Assembly: GCA_964360035.1 (NCBI GenBank)
Contig: CAYHUJ010000002.1
Coordinates: forward strand, 1-50,314
Length of the DNA stretch: 50,314 nucleotides
Origin: an uncultured Candidatus Saccharibacteria bacterium
GTDB lineage: Bacteria > Patescibacteriota > Minisyncoccia > UBA6257 > JACRHY01
Reading direction: 5' to 3'
Shown here in pieces: positions 22,005-30,404 of this stretch; the stretch's first letter is position 1, and every line of letters begins with the position of its first letter. The notes beneath the pieces were generated by a model that was not told the origin of the DNA, ran no database searches, and saw nothing but the letters and a program-made list of their open reading frames with translations. A program made the position numbers and the translations under genes.

Positions 22005-23201
22005 GTGAACCGCTTAAAGAAAATTTCCCGTTTCGTCAACTCTTTTTTTATCAAAGACGAGGATTTTTTGGTCGTTGAAATTTTCAGCGACTGCTCCAAA
22101 GCGACGGTTTTAAGGGCCGATTTCGCCGAAAAATCCGTCCGCGTTTTAAAATGCCGATTATTTGAAAATAAAGAAAAAGGCCATCTCGGCGCTTTGAAAA
22201 AAATCGCCAAGAACTTCGGCGGATACAAAACGATTCTCGCGCTTGATTCCGATTTCGCTCATACCGTCAATTCGTCCATAGGCATCATTCGCGACAATCC
22301 CAAAGAAACGATAACCGAAAGCGATCTGGACAACATCCTGTTTCAGGCGCTTTGGCGGTTCTTTGACCGTTACCGCGCGACGGCGGCGGGACGCCTCGGC
22401 GTCGGCGACGTTGACGTCGTGTTAAGCGACATAAGAGTCGGCGAGATAAAATTGGACGGCCACAAAGTCATCAATCCGGTCGGTTTTAAAGCGAAGAGCG
22501 CGGAAATTTATTTAAGCGAAACGTTTATTTCCAGGAAACTGTTTGATTTTTTGAAAGTTAATTTCTTCGGCGAGAAAAACGCCTTGCTCCGGATAACGGA
22601 AGCGGGAAGCGCCTGGGCGCATCTTCTGGCCGGAAAATCCGAAAAGGACGGCGGCGCCGTCGCTCTTTTGGCCGCCGACCGCACCGCTCTATTTTCTTCC
22701 GCCGCCGGCCGCGCTTTTTACCTTGACGAATTTAAGTGGGGCGGAGAAAATCTGCGTTCCGCCTTCTCCAACTATCTCAAAATTCCCGCCGAAGCGGCGG
22801 AGGCGGCCATCGGGCGGTATGTCGCGCGCGACGCCTCGGAGAAATTCCTCCGTTATTTTCAGAAAATATTTCTGGAAGAGTTTGAAACGTTTTTGAAGGG
22901 ACTAAAGTCCGCTTTTTCTTCGGCGAAAATAGCCGCGCCCGAAATTATCCATCTTGGCAGTTTTTATGAATTGCCGGCCGTCGTTTTTGACAGGAAATTC
23001 GGCTTTAAAATCGCGCCCCTTTTGCCGGAGGCGATTTCGGAAAAATTCGGATTTCGTGTTAAAATAAACAAACCGGCGGAAGCGGATTTTGAAAGGCGGG
23101 CCTTTTCCACTCTCGCGGTTTTTTTGGAAGCGCATTTTAACGGCAAAGAGGGAAATTTAAACCGCTTGATAAGTCGCCGGGCGAAATGGCTGACCGGTTA
23201 A
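22005..23201 (+). CDS. Hypothetical protein with weak resemblance to FtsA/PilM-type actin-fold proteins (nucleotide motifs degenerate)
   Basis: FLVVEIFSDCSKATVLRA sits where FtsA/PilM have (L)DIGSxxxK(xV). ITESDLDNILFQALWRF resembles the FtsA 1C/2A junction. No clean DxGxGxT phosphate-2 motif is present. This is pattern recognition only. Confidence 0.6.
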   Translation: MNRLKKISRFVNSFFIKDEDFLVVEIFSDCSKATVLRADFAEKSVRVLKCRLFENKEKGHLGALKKIAKNFGGYKTILALDSDFAHTVNSSIGIIRDNPKETITESDLDNILFQALWRFFDRYRATAAGRLGVGDVDVVLSDIRVGEIKLDGHKVINPVGFKAKSAEIYLSETFISRKLFDFLKVNFFGEKNALLRITEAGSAWAHLLAGKSEKDGGAVALLAADRTALFSSAAGRAFYLDEFKWGGENLRSAFSNYLKIPAEAAEAAIGRYVARDASEKFLRYFQKIFLEEFETFLKGLKSAFSSAKIAAPEIIHLGSFYELPAVVFDRKFGFKIAPLLPEAISEKFGFRVKINKPAEADFERRAFSTLAVFLEAHFNGKEGNLNRLISRRAKWLTG

Positions 23202-23228
23202 TCTTGCCCGCCAAATCGTTTAAAGATT

Positions 23229-24932
23229 ATGAAAACAAAAATGCAAAAAATAAACATCGGGCCTTCCGACAGCACGGCGAAAGTGGCCGAGGAGATTATT
23301 TCTTCCGTCGCGGAGGAAATCGTTTTACGCATCCCAAAATTTTCCAGGTTGAGGGAAGCGGCGGATAATTTTGAGCTTTTAAAAAGAGAAGCTGAAGCCG
23401 CCGGCAAGAAAATCTTCATTGAATCGGTTGACGATGACGTGCTGGAGATGGCGGAAAAAAGCGGCATTGAAGGGCAAAATCCCGTGTTGAAATTCGGAGG
23501 CGGCAAAAGGCGACTTTCCGACATAACGCCTTCCGTTTATTCAACCCGTCCGGCCGACCGGCCGCCGAAGGAAGCGAAAGAGGAAAAAGAGCCGGAAGAA
23601 GAGCGGGAAAAGGACCGCGAAGAGCAGCCGGCGATCCTTCATCTGCGCGTTGAGAAAAAAGAGCAGCCGCCCGTTTCCGAAGTTTTTTCCGCCGGCGAAA
23701 AACAGCAATTTAAACGGGAGGAAAAAATTCCCATTCGCGTAAAAGAAGCCGCGCCGGAAACGATTCCGGCCAAAAGGCGCCTGCCGGAAATCCTCGGGAA
23801 GAAAAATTTTTTCTATTTTGCCGGAGCGGCGGTCATTTTACTTGCGGCGATCGGCTATCTCGCCTTGGCCGTTTTGCCCCGCGCCGGCGTTTCCGTGGCT
23901 TTAAAAAAAGCCGGCTGGTCTTATGATGGAATCGTTACGGTTGACAAAAACGCGGCCGTGGCGGATTTGAGCGAAATGAAAATTCCGGGAGAAGTATTCG
24001 TTCTTTCCAAGAACACGCAAATGTCCTTTCCGGCTTCGTTGAAAAAAAGCGGCGAACAGAAGGCCAGGGGGAAAATAAGGATATTCAACGCCTACGGCCC
24101 CGCTTCGCAGACGCTGGTGGCGACGACCCGCTTTGAGACGCCGGACGGCAAAATTTTCCGCATTGACGAAAAAACCGTCGTGCCGGCCGCCAAAACCGCG
24201 AACGGAAAAATAGTTCCGTCAAGCGTGGAAGCGGCGATAACGGCGGACAAGCCGGGAACGGAGTACAACGTCGGGCCGGTGGAAAAGCTGACCATACCCG
24301 GATTCAAAGGAACTCCAAAATACGACGGTTTTTACGGGGCGATGGAGGAACCGGCGAGCGGTGGCTTTGCCGGCGAAACCGCAGTGCCGAGCGAGCAGGA
24401 CCTTTCTGACGCGAAGAGTAAAATAGCGCAGGTTCTTCAAGACAGCTTAAACGCGGAGCTTATCGGTCAGGCGCCGGAGGGATTTAAAACGGTTGACGGC
24501 GCCTCGGTTTTTAAAATTATCAAGGAAAACGTCGTTATCGGGAACGGTCAGGGGGAAAATTTCAGCGTTTTTGCCGAAGGAGAATCGGCAACCATCGTTT
24601 TTTCCGAACAAACGCTTCAAGACCTGCTTGTTTCCAAAGGACGGGAAGAATCCGGCGACGGCTTTCTTAATCCGAAAAATATTGAATTAAGCTATACCCC
24701 CGCGTCTGCGGATTTTTCCGCCGGTACGATGTCTTTACCGGTAAAATTCGGCGTTTCTCTTGAAAGCGGCTTGGACCAGGAAGCGCTCAAGACCATAATT
24801 GCCGGTAAAAATAAAAGCGAATTAGAGGGATTGTCTTTTCCGGGAATTGAAAAAATAACCGTTTCTTTCTGGCCTTTTTGGGTCCGGACGATTCCCGCCG
24901 ATGTTTCCCGCATTAAGGTGAGCGCGGAGTAA
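23229..24932 (+). CDS. Hypothetical bitopic membrane protein: ~90-aa cytoplasmic domain, charged linker, one TM helix, ~350-aa beta-rich exodomain
   Basis: The TM helix is FFYFAGAAVILLAAIGYLALAVL at about aa 195-217. The exodomain segment GKIRIFNAYGPASQTLVATTRFETPDGKIFRIDEKTVVPAAK...ADKPGTEYNVGP loosely recalls baseplate-J/gp47-like repeats. That resemblance is unverified. Confidence 0.7.
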   Translation: MKTKMQKINIGPSDSTAKVAEEIISSVAEEIVLRIPKFSRLREAADNFELLKREAEAAGKKIFIESVDDDVLEMAEKSGIEGQNPVLKFGGGKRRLSDITPSVYSTRPADRPPKEAKEEKEPEEEREKDREEQPAILHLRVEKKEQPPVSEVFSAGEKQQFKREEKIPIRVKEAAPETIPAKRRLPEILGKKNFFYFAGAAVILLAAIGYLALAVLPRAGVSVALKKAGWSYDGIVTVDKNAAVADLSEMKIPGEVFVLSKNTQMSFPASLKKSGEQKARGKIRIFNAYGPASQTLVATTRFETPDGKIFRIDEKTVVPAAKTANGKIVPSSVEAAITADKPGTEYNVGPVEKLTIPGFKGTPKYDGFYGAMEEPASGGFAGETAVPSEQDLSDAKSKIAQVLQDSLNAELIGQAPEGFKTVDGASVFKIIKENVVIGNGQGENFSVFAEGESATIVFSEQTLQDLLVSKGREESGDGFLNPKNIELSYTPASADFSAGTMSLPVKFGVSLESGLDQEALKTIIAGKNKSELEGLSFPGIEKITVSFWPFWVRTIPADVSRIKVSAE

Positions 24933-24937
24933 CGCTC

Positions 24938-24967
24938 TTGACTTGCTCGGATTATCCATGATAACAT
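24938..24967 (+). promoter_or_regulatory. Candidate promoter for the infA-alpha operon: TTGACT-18-TAACAT (TG at -15/-14)
   Basis: The -35 is at 24938-24943 and the -10 at 24962-24967, preceded by TGa. The infA ATG is at 24978. Confidence 0.35.
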
Positions 24968-24977
24968 TTCAAATCGC

Positions 24978-25199
24978 ATGAGCGACGATCGACAATTAAC
25001 GAAGAAAACTGACGGTGTCGTTGAAGAGGCGTTACCCGGCTTAACTTTTAAGGTGCGGCTTGGCGACGGGAAAGAAGTTCTGGCTCATCTTGCCGGAAAG
25101 ATGAGAATTAATTACATTAAAATTCTTCCGGGGGATCGGGTAACCGTTGAATTAAGCCAGTACGACGATCGCCGCGGAAGAATCGTCAGAAGATTGTAG
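24978..25199 (+). CDS. infA: Translation initiation factor IF-1
   Basis: [60 protein letters not shown] is the S1-like IF-1 fold signature. Confidence 0.95.
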   Translation: MSDDRQLTKKTDGVVEEALPGLTFKVRLGDGKEVLAHLAGKMRINYIKILPGDRVTVELSQYDDRRGRIVRRL

Positions 25200-25244
25200 T
25201 ATTTTTTTTCCGGCGGCAGCTTATTTTTTATTTGTTTAAAATTT

Positions 25245-25361
25245 ATGAAAGTCAGGGCTTCGGTAAGTAAAATCTGCAAAAATTGTAAAACCGTCCGCAG
25301 AAAGGGAAGGGTTTACGTTGTTTGCAAGAAAAACGTTAAGCACAAACAAAGGCAGGGCTAA
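25245..25361 (+). CDS. rpmJ: 50S ribosomal protein L36 (38 aa, below the ORF-track cutoff)
   Basis: Manual translation gives [38 protein letters not shown] followed by TAA at 25359-25361. This is the canonical L36 zinc-ribbon sequence in its canonical position between infA and rpsM. Confidence 0.9.
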   Translation: MKVRASVSKICKNCKTVRRKGRVYVVCKKNVKHKQRQG

Positions 25362-25370
25362 TTCAATCCT

Positions 25371-25754
25371 ATGAGATTACTGGGTATAAACATTCCGGAC
25401 GGAAAAAGGGCGGAAATCGCCCTGACTTACATTTACGGAATCGGCCGTTCCACCGCGACTGATATTTTGACGTCTTTAAAAATTAATCCTGGCAAAAAAG
25501 CCAAGGATTTAAGTTCCGAAGAGGCCAATAAAATCAAGGATTTCATAGAAAAAAATTATAAAATAGAAGGGGAAATGCGCCAGCTCGTGAAACAGCATAT
25601 AGGACGATTAAAGGACATAAGATGCTATCGCGGCCTTCGCCACCTAAAGCGGCTTCCGGCGCGCGGCCAAAGGACGAAGACCAATTCCCGAACCGTTCGC
25701 GGAAACGTCCGAAAAACGGCCGGTAGCGGAAAAAGAAAGGTTGAATTGAAGTAA
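25371..25754 (+). CDS. rpsM: 30S ribosomal protein S13
   Basis: The sequence contains INIPDGKRAEIALTYIYGIGRSTA...YRGLRHLKRLPARGQRTKTNSRT. Confidence 0.95.
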   Translation: MRLLGINIPDGKRAEIALTYIYGIGRSTATDILTSLKINPGKKAKDLSSEEANKIKDFIEKNYKIEGEMRQLVKQHIGRLKDIRCYRGLRHLKRLPARGQRTKTNSRTVRGNVRKTAGSGKRKVELK

Positions 25755-25772
25755 CGAACATAATCAATATCC

Positions 25773-26225
25773 ATGGGAAAGAAAAAAATAGCCAAACAAT
25801 CCGAAACGGACGTTCTAAAGGACGCAAGCGGCCAGGAAGCCGCGGCCGCCAAGGCTCCGGTTTCCGCCGGCGCTAAAAAAATTGAAAAGGGGAAAATTTA
25901 CATTAAAGCGTCGTATAACAACACCATTGTTACGGTAACCAACGCCGCCGGCGATACGCTGGCGTGGGCTTCGGCCGGTTCCCTTGGTTTCTCCGGTCCC
26001 AAAAAAGCGACTCCGTTCGCCGCCTCAAAAGTAGTGGAGGCGATCTCCGAAAAGCTGCGCCGCACCGGCCCGTTTGACGTTGATATTATTGTCAGCGGCA
26101 TCGGCAGCGGACGGGATTCGGCCATTCGTTCCCTGATAAACCGCGGTTTTAATCCGCTGTCTTTAAGAGACGTCACTCCCGTTCCTCATAACGGTCCGAG
26201 ACCGAAAAAAGTCAGGCGAGTGTAA
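25773..26225 (+). CDS. rpsK: 30S ribosomal protein S11
   Basis: The sequence contains IYIKASYNNTIVTVTNAAGDTLAWASAGSLGFSGPKKATPFAA...DVTPVPHNGPRPKK. Confidence 0.95.
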   Translation: MGKKKIAKQSETDVLKDASGQEAAAAKAPVSAGAKKIEKGKIYIKASYNNTIVTVTNAAGDTLAWASAGSLGFSGPKKATPFAASKVVEAISEKLRRTGPFDVDIIVSGIGSGRDSAIRSLINRGFNPLSLRDVTPVPHNGPRPKKVRRV

Positions 26226-26251
26226 TTCAAGAACAAAAACAAAAAAGAAAA

Positions 26252-26869
26252 ATGTTAATAAAAGCCAAAGAAAAAAAGGAGCGGGCTCTCGGGACGAAAT
26301 TGGGATTAAAAGGGGAGCGCTGTAATTCGCCGAAATGCGCGATGATCAGGCGTCCTTACGGTCCGGGAATGCACGGGAAAAGAAGGCGGCGCGCGCCTTC
26401 CGAATTTGGCGAGCAATTGAAAGAAAAGCAGAAAATCCGATTTAGTTATGCGCTGAAAGAGGGTCAGCTCGGCAGAATTTTCGCCGAAGCGGCGAAAAAA
26501 ACGGAAGCGACCGGCGACGCTCTGATGCGGCTTCTGGAAAGCCGGCTTGACAACGTCGTTTTCCGCCTCGGTTTCGCCGGCTCGCGGCTGGTCGCCAGAC
26601 AGCTCGTAAACCACGGCCACATTCTCGTCAACGGACGGGTAAGCAATACCCCTTCCCGCCGCGTCAGAATCGGCGACGTTATTTCGCTGTCGGAAAGGGC
26701 GAAAAAGAGCGTTTTTGCTTCCGAATTGCCGGCGCGCCTCAAAAAATACAATGCGCCTTCCTGGCTGGGATTGGACAAGGAGAAGATTGAAGGAAAAATG
26801 TCCGGCTCGCCGGTTGACGTTGAGAGGCCGTTTGACGTTGACAAGGTCATTGATTATTATTCAAGATAA
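26252..26869 (+). CDS. rpsD: 30S ribosomal protein S4
   Basis: LESRLDNVVFRLGFAGSRLVARQLVNHGHILVNGRVSNTPSRRVRIGDVI is the S4 domain. Confidence 0.95.
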   Translation: MLIKAKEKKERALGTKLGLKGERCNSPKCAMIRRPYGPGMHGKRRRRAPSEFGEQLKEKQKIRFSYALKEGQLGRIFAEAAKKTEATGDALMRLLESRLDNVVFRLGFAGSRLVARQLVNHGHILVNGRVSNTPSRRVRIGDVISLSERAKKSVFASELPARLKKYNAPSWLGLDKEKIEGKMSGSPVDVERPFDVDKVIDYYSR

Positions 26870-26913
26870 AATAAAAAGGCGATTTTATTTATTATCGCAA
26901 TAAATTAAACATT

Positions 26914-27708
26914 ATGAAATTTTCTCATCTTAGCGAAACGGTGAAAATTAAAAAAATTTCCGAAAAGAACAATGCCGGTGTTTTTGAAATTGACGGCTTG
27001 TTTTCCGGCTACGGCCTGACCGTCGGCAACGCTCTGCGCCGCGCTCTTTTATCGTCTTTGCCCGGAGCGGCGATAACTCAGATAAAAATAAAGGGAGTGA
27101 ATAATGAATTTTCCACGATTTCCGGCGTTATGGAGGACGTCGTTGAAATTATCGGCAATCTAAAAAACATCCGTTTTAAGGTTTATACCGACGAACCGCA
27201 GACGCTGGAGCTGAAAGCGAAGGGAGAACTTGAAGTAACGGCCGGGGACATTAAAGCCAATTCCCAGGTGGAAATCGTCAATCCCAAATCCCACATTGCC
27301 ACCCTTTCTTCCAAGAACGCCGAATTGGAAGCGGAGTTGACCGTTGAAAGAGGCATGGGATACGCATCTTCCGAGGCGCGCAAAGTTGAAAAACTTCCGA
27401 TTGGAGCGCTGATCATAGACGCCTTTTTCTCGCCGGTTTTGAAGGTGAATTTTGCCGTTGAAAATACCCGCGTCGGCGAAAGGACCGATTATAACCGCTT
27501 GGTTTTTGACATTGAAACCGACGGCACCATTTCTCCTTCCGTGGCCTTGCACAAAGCCGCCAACATTTTGAAAGACCATTTCAATAAAATTTCGCAAATT
27601 GAAGGCGGGCAGGAAGCGGAAAAAGAGGCGGAAGAAGCGGAAAAAGAAGGCGAAGCGAAAAAAGAAAAGACAAAAGAAAAAGGAGCTAAAAAAACCAAAA
27701 AGAAATAA
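26914..27708 (+). CDS. rpoA: DNA-directed RNA polymerase alpha subunit, N-terminal domain only plus an acidic/basic tail (no alpha-CTD)
   Basis: GYGLTVGNALRRALLSSLPGAAIT and NTRVGERTDYNRLVFDIETDGTISP are alpha-NTD signatures. After about aa 228 only EGGQEAEKEAEEAEKEGEAKKEKTKEKGAKKTKKK remains. rplQ follows 42 nt later. Confidence 0.9.
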   Translation: MKFSHLSETVKIKKISEKNNAGVFEIDGLFSGYGLTVGNALRRALLSSLPGAAITQIKIKGVNNEFSTISGVMEDVVEIIGNLKNIRFKVYTDEPQTLELKAKGELEVTAGDIKANSQVEIVNPKSHIATLSSKNAELEAELTVERGMGYASSEARKVEKLPIGALIIDAFFSPVLKVNFAVENTRVGERTDYNRLVFDIETDGTISPSVALHKAANILKDHFNKISQIEGGQEAEKEAEEAEKEGEAKKEKTKEKGAKKTKKK

Positions 27709-27750
27709 ATCTGGACAAGTTTCCGGCTCCGGCTTAACTTTATTATTCAA

Positions 27751-28101
27751 ATGCGCCATCTAAAAAAAGGAAGAAAATTCGGAAAAAAAACGGGAAGGCG
27801 CCGGTCTTTTTTAAAAGGGATCGCGCATAATTTGATTATGGAAGAAAAAATAGAAACGACGACGGCCAGGGCGAAGGAAATCAAGCCGAAGGTGGAAAAA
27901 ATGGTAACGCTCGGAAAAAAACAAAATTTAGCCGGCTTGCGGCTTTTGCTCTCGCGCCTTCCCAAAAAATCCGCCGAAAAGCTTTATTATGAAATCGCTC
28001 CCCGCTACAAAGACCGCCGCGGCGGTTATTTAAGGATAATCAAGGGTACGGGAACGAGAAAGCGTGACGGAGTTTTAAAGAGTATTATTGAATTTGTGTA
28101 A
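27751..28101 (+). CDS. rplQ: 50S ribosomal protein L17
   Basis: The sequence contains MRHLKKGRKFGKKTGRRRSFLKGIAHNLIMEEKIETTTARAKEIKP. Confidence 0.95.
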   Translation: MRHLKKGRKFGKKTGRRRSFLKGIAHNLIMEEKIETTTARAKEIKPKVEKMVTLGKKQNLAGLRLLLSRLPKKSAEKLYYEIAPRYKDRRGGYLRIIKGTGTRKRDGVLKSIIEFV

Positions 28102-28110
28102 ATATCAATC

Positions 28111-28452
28111 ATGGAATACGTCATTGACGCCAAGAATCAAAAATTGGGACGCCTGGCGGCGAAAATCGCCGGCATTTTACAGGGGAAAATCAAGGCGGGA
28201 TACACTCCGCGCCTTTTAAGCGGCAACCGCGTCGTCGTTAAAAACATCCGCCTGATCGCCGTCAGCGGCGGCAAAGAGAAGCAAAAAACTTATTACCGTC
28301 ACACGGGTTACATCGGCCATTTGAAAGAGAAAAAATATCGGGAAGTTTTTGAAAAAAATCCGGACAGAGTCCTGCGGCACGCCGTTGAAGGAATGCTGCC
28401 GAAAAACCGGCTTCAGCCGAAAATGCTCAAAAACCTGATTATTGAACGATAA
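28111..28452 (+). CDS. rplM: 50S ribosomal protein L13 (short, 113 aa)
   Basis: The sequence contains VIDAKNQKLGRLAAKIAGILQGK...YYRHTGYIGHLKE...AVEGMLPKN. Confidence 0.9.
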   Translation: MEYVIDAKNQKLGRLAAKIAGILQGKIKAGYTPRLLSGNRVVVKNIRLIAVSGGKEKQKTYYRHTGYIGHLKEKKYREVFEKNPDRVLRHAVEGMLPKNRLQPKMLKNLIIER

Positions 28453-28464
28453 AAACAAAAAATT

Positions 28465-28938
28465 ATGATTGTTAAAACAAAAAAAACATCCGCCGTTAAA
28501 TCGGAAAAAGGGGAATCGCCGGCTAAAAGCGGCGCCGTTCGTCCGGCGGGCGGGCGCTATCATGAGGCCGTCGGCCGGAGAAAAACGGCCGTTGCCCGGG
28601 TGCGGATTTTCGGCAAAGGCGGCGATATTTCCGTTAATGGAAAGGAATATAAGAAGTATTTTACCGTCGCGCGCCATCAAGTCGGCGTCGCCGCCCCCTT
28701 TAAGGAGACGCAGCTTGAGGGGAAATTTGGCGTTGAAGTGAAGGTGTCCGGCGGAGGAATCGGCGCTCAAGCCGAAGCGGTGCGGCACGGAATCAGCCGG
28801 GCGTTGCTAAAGATTAACCCCGAGCTTAAAAAGCCGCTTAAACGGGCCGGTTTTCTCACCCGCGATCCGCGGATGGTGGAACGGAAAAAATACGGACTCA
28901 AAAAAGCCCGCCGCGCTCCGCAATGGGCGAAGCGGTAA
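28465..28938 (+). CDS. rpsI: 30S ribosomal protein S9
   Basis: The sequence contains GRRKTAVARVRI...VKVSGGGIGAQAEAVRHGISRAL...LTRDPRMVERKKYGLKKARRAPQWAKR. Confidence 0.95.
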   Translation: MIVKTKKTSAVKSEKGESPAKSGAVRPAGGRYHEAVGRRKTAVARVRIFGKGGDISVNGKEYKKYFTVARHQVGVAAPFKETQLEGKFGVEVKVSGGGIGAQAEAVRHGISRALLKINPELKKPLKRAGFLTRDPRMVERKKYGLKKARRAPQWAKR

Positions 28939-28951
28939 AGCGGTCACGTTC

Positions 28952-30310
28952 TCAATCTTCAAAAACGGCGATTTCATAGAGGTCGCCGTTTTTAAGCGCG
29001 TAAATTTTTCCGCCGGCACGGGAAGATTTTGAAATGTCCCCGTCTATTTCCGCGACGTTGACGGGCGGCCGGTCGTCTATCTCCGCGAAACTGAGCCCTT
29101 TCGGATATTGAAGAAAGACGTGAAGCGAATCGTCGTGCCATGATATCGCCTGAGGATTTCCGGCGTCGGCAAGGAGAACGGCGACGTCTCCCGCTTTCTT
29201 GTTGACGTTTTTGATTTGATTTTCAAGAAAGTAAATTTTCAAATCGCCGCTTAAGCTCAAAACGGCGATTTTCTTTTCATCCGGCGAAAAAACAGGGGGG
29301 ACGCGGACGGGCGGCAGGCCGGTTACTTTTTGGTCGCGGCGATTGAAAAGAAGCGGAGCGCCGTCCCGGATTTCGGCGATAAGATAATAACCGGAAGGAG
29401 AGAGATGAAGGGCGCTGATTTCGCCGTTCGCTTCGCCGATAGGCGACGCGCGCTTAAGCATCAGATTATGGGCGAAAACGCGGTTTTGGTCGTCTGCCCA
29501 GACAATTTCCGAATTGGCGGCGATAATGGCGACGGGATCGGCATTTTCTTCAACGGTTTCCAGCGATAATTTTGCCGTATCCAGGACATAAACGGCGCGT
29601 TTGGTCGCGATGATTATTTTATTATCGTCAAAAGGATGGTGGAGAGCGCTCTTGATTTCCACCGCGCCGGCAAGCCTCAGTTGCCTTTCTTTGAGATTAT
29701 TGAAAAGGGAATTGAGGTTAAGGGAGGAGTCTAGATTATCAAAATCAACCAAAAAATAGGCGTTGTTTTTTATTGAAAAAACAATCAACCGGTTTGAACC
29801 GCCTTTCCAATCAACGATATTGTCGCCGATAATCTTTATTTTTTTGTCGCCGGTTTTTTTCCATAATGCGCCTCTGGCATCCCGCCAGACGACGTTTTCG
29901 CCGTTAACCCAGAAGTCGTCTACGCCGCTCTGGATTTTCAGTTCCGGTTTTTCGTCGGGAATCAAAGCGATGCTGACGGCTTCCGCGACGAGCGAGGGGG
30001 CGACTTCAAGCGATTTTTCCCATGTTGAATATCCGCTTTGGGAAACGGAGACGCGGTAGCGTCCGGGAGTCAGGTCGTCTATCAAAGTTCCGCTTTTCAA
30101 AATTCCGGACTTATTTTCAAAAATTTTACCGTTAATTTTTATTTCGGAGTAAGGCGGCTCGCTTTTAAGAAAAATGGCGCCGGTTTTCTGCAGTTCCAGC
30201 GTTTCCGGATTTATTCTGAATCCCTGGGAGTAAAGCGCCGCGCCGCCGCCGCCGATGACGAATAAAACCGCCAAAACGTAAAAGAGAGCCCGTCTTTTTC
30301 TGATGGTCAT
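28952..30310 (-). CDS. Membrane-anchored PEGA-like domain plus beta-propeller-like protein
   Basis: The N-terminal TM helix is ALFYVLAVLFVIGGGGAALY. The PEGA-like module is FLKSEPPYSEIKINGK...LTPGRYRVSVSQSGYSTWEKSLEV. Repetitive beta-rich sequence follows. Confidence 0.65.
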   Translation of the reverse strand: MTIRKRRALFYVLAVLFVIGGGGAALYSQGFRINPETLELQKTGAIFLKSEPPYSEIKINGKIFENKSGILKSGTLIDDLTPGRYRVSVSQSGYSTWEKSLEVAPSLVAEAVSIALIPDEKPELKIQSGVDDFWVNGENVVWRDARGALWKKTGDKKIKIIGDNIVDWKGGSNRLIVFSIKNNAYFLVDFDNLDSSLNLNSLFNNLKERQLRLAGAVEIKSALHHPFDDNKIIIATKRAVYVLDTAKLSLETVEENADPVAIIAANSEIVWADDQNRVFAHNLMLKRASPIGEANGEISALHLSPSGYYLIAEIRDGAPLLFNRRDQKVTGLPPVRVPPVFSPDEKKIAVLSLSGDLKIYFLENQIKNVNKKAGDVAVLLADAGNPQAISWHDDSLHVFLQYPKGLSFAEIDDRPPVNVAEIDGDISKSSRAGGKIYALKNGDLYEIAVFED

Positions 30311-30365
30311 GCTTAAATATTAGAACTTACCTCAAAAATACCACCGCCCGCGATATGAGTCAATT

Positions 30366-30395
30366 TTGACACCTTGCCTCAAATCGGATTAAAAT
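30366..30395 (+). promoter_or_regulatory. Candidate promoter for mreB copy 1: TTGACA-18-TAAAAT, 9 nt before the ATG
   Basis: The -35 is at 30366-30371 and the -10 at 30390-30395. The ATG is at 30405 and no SD is visible. Confidence 0.4.
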
Positions 30396-30404
30396 TATTC
30401 CGAA

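Noticed and set aside
25200-28938. Ribosomal/alpha-operon gene order as something unusual (rplM-rpsI appended after rplQ; no secY-adk-map before infA)
   Set aside because: Operon fusions and breaks of this kind are common among bacteria. Every gene is intact and I see nothing beyond ordinary synteny variation.
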